Of a stretch of 64,000 nt of DNA, positions 61,854 to 64,000 are shown in pieces (within the stretch, counting starts at the first letter, position 1; every line of letters begins with the position of its first letter). The notes below the pieces were generated by a model. The model was not told the origin of the DNA. It did not search any database and saw only the letters and a program-made list of their open reading frames with translations. Made by a program: the position numbers and the translations under genes. The stretch comes from Candidatus Hydrogenedentota bacterium (GTDB taxonomy: Bacteria; Hydrogenedentota; Hydrogenedentia; Hydrogenedentales; CAILVY01): assembly GCA_903837785.1 (NCBI GenBank), contig CAILVY010000207.1:802-64801 (forward strand), read 5' to 3'.

Positions 61854-62375
61854 ATGGCAATCAAGGGACCGGGCTATCTGAAGACGACGTGGGCGTTTGA
61901 GGAACGCCCCGTGGCTTCGACGAAACTGAACACGTGGGACGACCGGATTGAAGCCGCGCTCGAAGCGGCCTTCTTCCTGCTCAATCTCGCCTGGGGCGGC
62001 GGGAACGGCGTCTTGCGCGGCGCGACCACGGACAACTTGCGGGTGGTCGCACTGCCGGCGCCCGGGCTGTCCGTGCAGGTGCAGCCGGGCTACGCGTTCA
62101 TCAGCAAGTTTCCCTACAAGCTGGCGCAAACGACGGACACGGTGGCAGTGACGCCGCCGGCCGCCCTTCCCCGCCTCGATCTCGTCCAGGCCTGTCTTGA
62201 CACCTGGAGCGTGAGCGTCAAGCCGGGCGCGGAAGCGGAGAGTCCGAATCCTCCGGGCGCCGACAATCACTGCATCCCGCTGGCGCACCTTTACCTGCGG
62301 CCCGGGATGACCAGCGTCAAGAATACGAATGATGATGTCAATGGCTACATCATCGATGCGCGGATCTACGTGTAA
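61854..62375 (+). CDS. Phage-associated hypothetical protein (173 aa)
   Basis: Last co-directional gene of the module. No recognisable motif. Confidence 0.35.
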   Translation: MAIKGPGYLKTTWAFEERPVASTKLNTWDDRIEAALEAAFFLLNLAWGGGNGVLRGATTDNLRVVALPAPGLSVQVQPGYAFISKFPYKLAQTTDTVAVTPPAALPRLDLVQACLDTWSVSVKPGAEAESPNPPGADNHCIPLAHLYLRPGMTSVKNTNDDVNGYIIDARIYV

Positions 62376-62448
62376 ATGTCGTATCATGGCGGCGGCGCCG
62401 GATGCCCGGGGGTGTCGGGCGCAACCTTCAACGAGAAAGGCCGCGCGC

Positions 62449-64000
62449 ATGGGTATGTTGTTGTTCCTGTCGTCCCTGCTGGCCGCTCCGCCTGAGCCGC
62501 TGGTTTACTTCGACCTGAAGCAGTGCCTCGCCGACGCCCCGGACGATTCCGTGTTTCGTTATGACCTGGTGAAACTGGTGGCCTCGGTGCAGGGCCTGGT
62601 GAACCGGGAACGGCCGCGGCTGGCCATCCGCTTTCTGGACGGATCGAAGCAGGGGCAGGCCATCAACCTCGACGACTACTGGCTGGATGTTTTGCAGCAA
62701 GGCTGGCTGAAGGACCGGACGATCCGGCGGGAGTCAGCGCTGGAGCGGCTCTGGGAACTGTTCCCGGAGGTGTTCACGGGGGCGGTCGTGTGGGACCCGG
62801 CGGTCCTCGCCACGGCAAACGTGGCCGCGACGATCTGCGCCGTGGACGGTTGGCTGCCGGTGCGCGCGGACAGCGCCCTGTACGAACGGGTCGTGAACCA
62901 GGGCCCGAAGCTGCCGGTGAAAGTCTCGCTGGTCGGGAAATTCACCGGGGCCGAATCCGGCAGCGCAAAGTGCGATGCGTACCTCTGGGCGAAGCGCGAG
63001 TATCTCGATGCGGGGAAGTGCCATCCCGCGTTGATGGCCTACTACATCGACGCCTACACGCAGGCGCCCGGCACGCCGGGATTCCACTACCACGACTTGG
63101 CGAATGCCACGCTGGCCAATCAGGACTATTACATCGCGAAGAAGGCCTTCTTCTTTGATCTCGGCGTATGGGCGGACGAGGCGCCGGTGGACGATCCCAA
63201 ACAGGCGGAAGGCACGGATCGAAAGACGCTCATCGCACTGCTCCAGTCGCAATACGCGCAGAACCAGGGGAAGCAATTCACCTCGGTGGGCGGGTTTGTG
63301 CCGTGGAACCTCAAGTACACGAACGACGGCCCGGCCGGCGGGAAACACGAGCCCGTGCCGTCGGAGTGGGAATACGCCGCGCTCTTGTCCGCGCACAACG
63401 CCATCATGGACGCGGACGCGCTCGGCCTGTCCTGCCTGACGAACGCATCCGCCTACATGCACTACCCGCTGCAGGCGCAGTACGCGCAGAATCCGCGGCC
63501 CGCGCCGCGCGCGCTCGAAGCGAAGACGTACGTGCTCATTTACATGGGCGACTATGATTCCGCGGCCTGGCTCTCGCGCATGATCCCGGAAGTGTGGGAC
63601 GATCCCGTGCGCGGCGCGCTGCCGTGCGCGTGGGCGTTCAATCCGAATCTGGCCGATCGCGTGCCCTACGTGTTCGACCGCGTGTACGCGACACGCACGC
63701 CGAACGACTGGTTCATCGCGGGCGATTCCGGCGCGGGGTATCTGAACCCGAATCTCCTGACAGGGAAACGCCTGGACAGCGGGCTCCCCGACGCGCTCGG
63801 GCTCTGGGTCGAACACAACCAGGCGTGGTATCAGCGCTTTGGCTATTCGATCACCGGATTTGCCATCAACGGGTTCCACGGCAAGATGCCGCAGCCGGTC
63901 CAGGAAGCGTATGCAAAGTTCTCGCCGGACGGCGTGGGCATGCAACTCGGCTATGATGCGCCCCTCGTGAACGGCACGCCCTTTCTGCGCCACGTCAGCG
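62449..64000 (+). CDS. Secreted GxGYxYP-family-like putative glycoside hydrolase, 3'-partial (runs off window end)
   Basis: The open frame is not in the ORF track because no stop lies within the window. It has a signal peptide (MGMLLFLSSLLAAPPEP). GDSGAGYLNPN matches the GxGYxYP signature and YYIAKKAFFFDLGVW is family-like. Confidence 0.4.
   Translation, partial: MGMLLFLSSLLAAPPEPLVYFDLKQCLADAPDDSVFRYDLVKLVASVQGLVNRERPRLAIRFLDGSKQGQAINLDDYWLDVLQQGWLKDRTIRRESALERLWELFPEVFTGAVVWDPAVLATANVAATICAVDGWLPVRADSALYERVVNQGPKLPVKVSLVGKFTGAESGSAKCDAYLWAKREYLDAGKCHPALMAYYIDAYTQAPGTPGFHYHDLANATLANQDYYIAKKAFFFDLGVWADEAPVDDPKQAEGTDRKTLIALLQSQYAQNQGKQFTSVGGFVPWNLKYTNDGPAGGKHEPVPSEWEYAALLSAHNAIMDADALGLSCLTNASAYMHYPLQAQYAQNPRPAPRALEAKTYVLIYMGDYDSAAWLSRMIPEVWDDPVRGALPCAWAFNPNLADRVPYVFDRVYATRTPNDWFIAGDSGAGYLNPNLLTGKRLDSGLPDALGLWVEHNQAWYQRFGYSITGFAINGFHGKMPQPVQEAYAKFSPDGVGMQLGYDAPLVNGTPFLRHVS

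Larger units (their letters stand above)
54674..62375 (+). mobile_element. Phage-derived lambda-like head-gene module (portal / scaffold-protease / decoration / major capsid plus 4 downstream genes) without a recognisable large terminase, integrase, tape measure or lysis genes; candidate domesticated capsid (GTA-like) element or prophage remnant
   Basis: Gene order and sizes parallel lambda B-C-D-E-FI/FII. All eight genes are co-directional and tightly packed or coupled. GC and codon usage look host-like. Confidence 0.5.

Noticed and set aside
62734-63993. 419-aa minus-strand ORF at the window end
   Set aside because: Antisense to a continuous plus-strand frame (62449 to beyond 64000) that has a signal peptide and GxGYxYP-like motifs. 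The minus frame is His/Arg/Val-rich shadow.

Overview
High-GC (~65%) chromosomal segment with a PVC-superphylum-like gene repertoire (Planctomycetota/Verrucomicrobiota/Kiritimatiellota style): sulfatase, DUF1559 prepilin-like proteins, a DUF1549/DUF1553 protein, a GxGYxYP-like protein and a giant parallel beta-helix surface protein. Coding density is high, with many 1-4 nt start/stop overlaps. Most of the six-frame ORF track is antisense or overlapping 'shadow' ORFs, as expected at this GC content. Content in order: a tRNA-Leu(CAG) with terminator; an esterase and a DHH phosphoesterase; cydAB. A minus-strand glycan-utilisation locus follows (L-rhamnose mutarotase, GH38 alpha-mannosidase, a 3-component sugar ABC importer, GH2 with a discoidin domain). 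Then mnmG; a three-gene translationally coupled operon (URO-D/MtaA-like enzyme fused to a CxxC thioredoxin-like domain, a COG0523 G3E GTPase metallochaperone, and a secreted protein); a nucleotide-sugar cluster (rfbD plus two SDR epimerases); an XRE-cupin regulator; an acyl-CoA synthetase; uvrA; a CrtI-like desaturase; ComEA; an ICMT-like methyltransferase. Next comes a 1584-aa secreted protein made of an N-terminal dockerin-like pair plus three tandem beta-helix / InlB-B-repeat modules. After it: ThuA, sugar-phosphate isomerase, a DUF1549/1553 protein, an ECF sigma factor fused via a TM helix to a DUF1559 domain beside a paralogous DUF1559 prepilin-like gene, a Gfo/Idh/MocA oxidoreductase, a large secreted hypothetical, a lone type IV pilin behind a textbook sigma-54 promoter with an upstream palindrome, and an arylsulfatase. 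Most notable is a compact ~7.8 kb phage-derived lambda-like head module: portal-like, scaffold/protease-like, DUF2190-like decoration, major capsid, three small/medium proteins, and a 579-aa protein with a complete staphylococcal-nuclease-like domain. It has host-like GC, shows no recognisable large terminase, integrase, tape measure or lysis genes, and is bounded by ordinary metabolic genes. This is a candidate domesticated capsid/GTA-like system.
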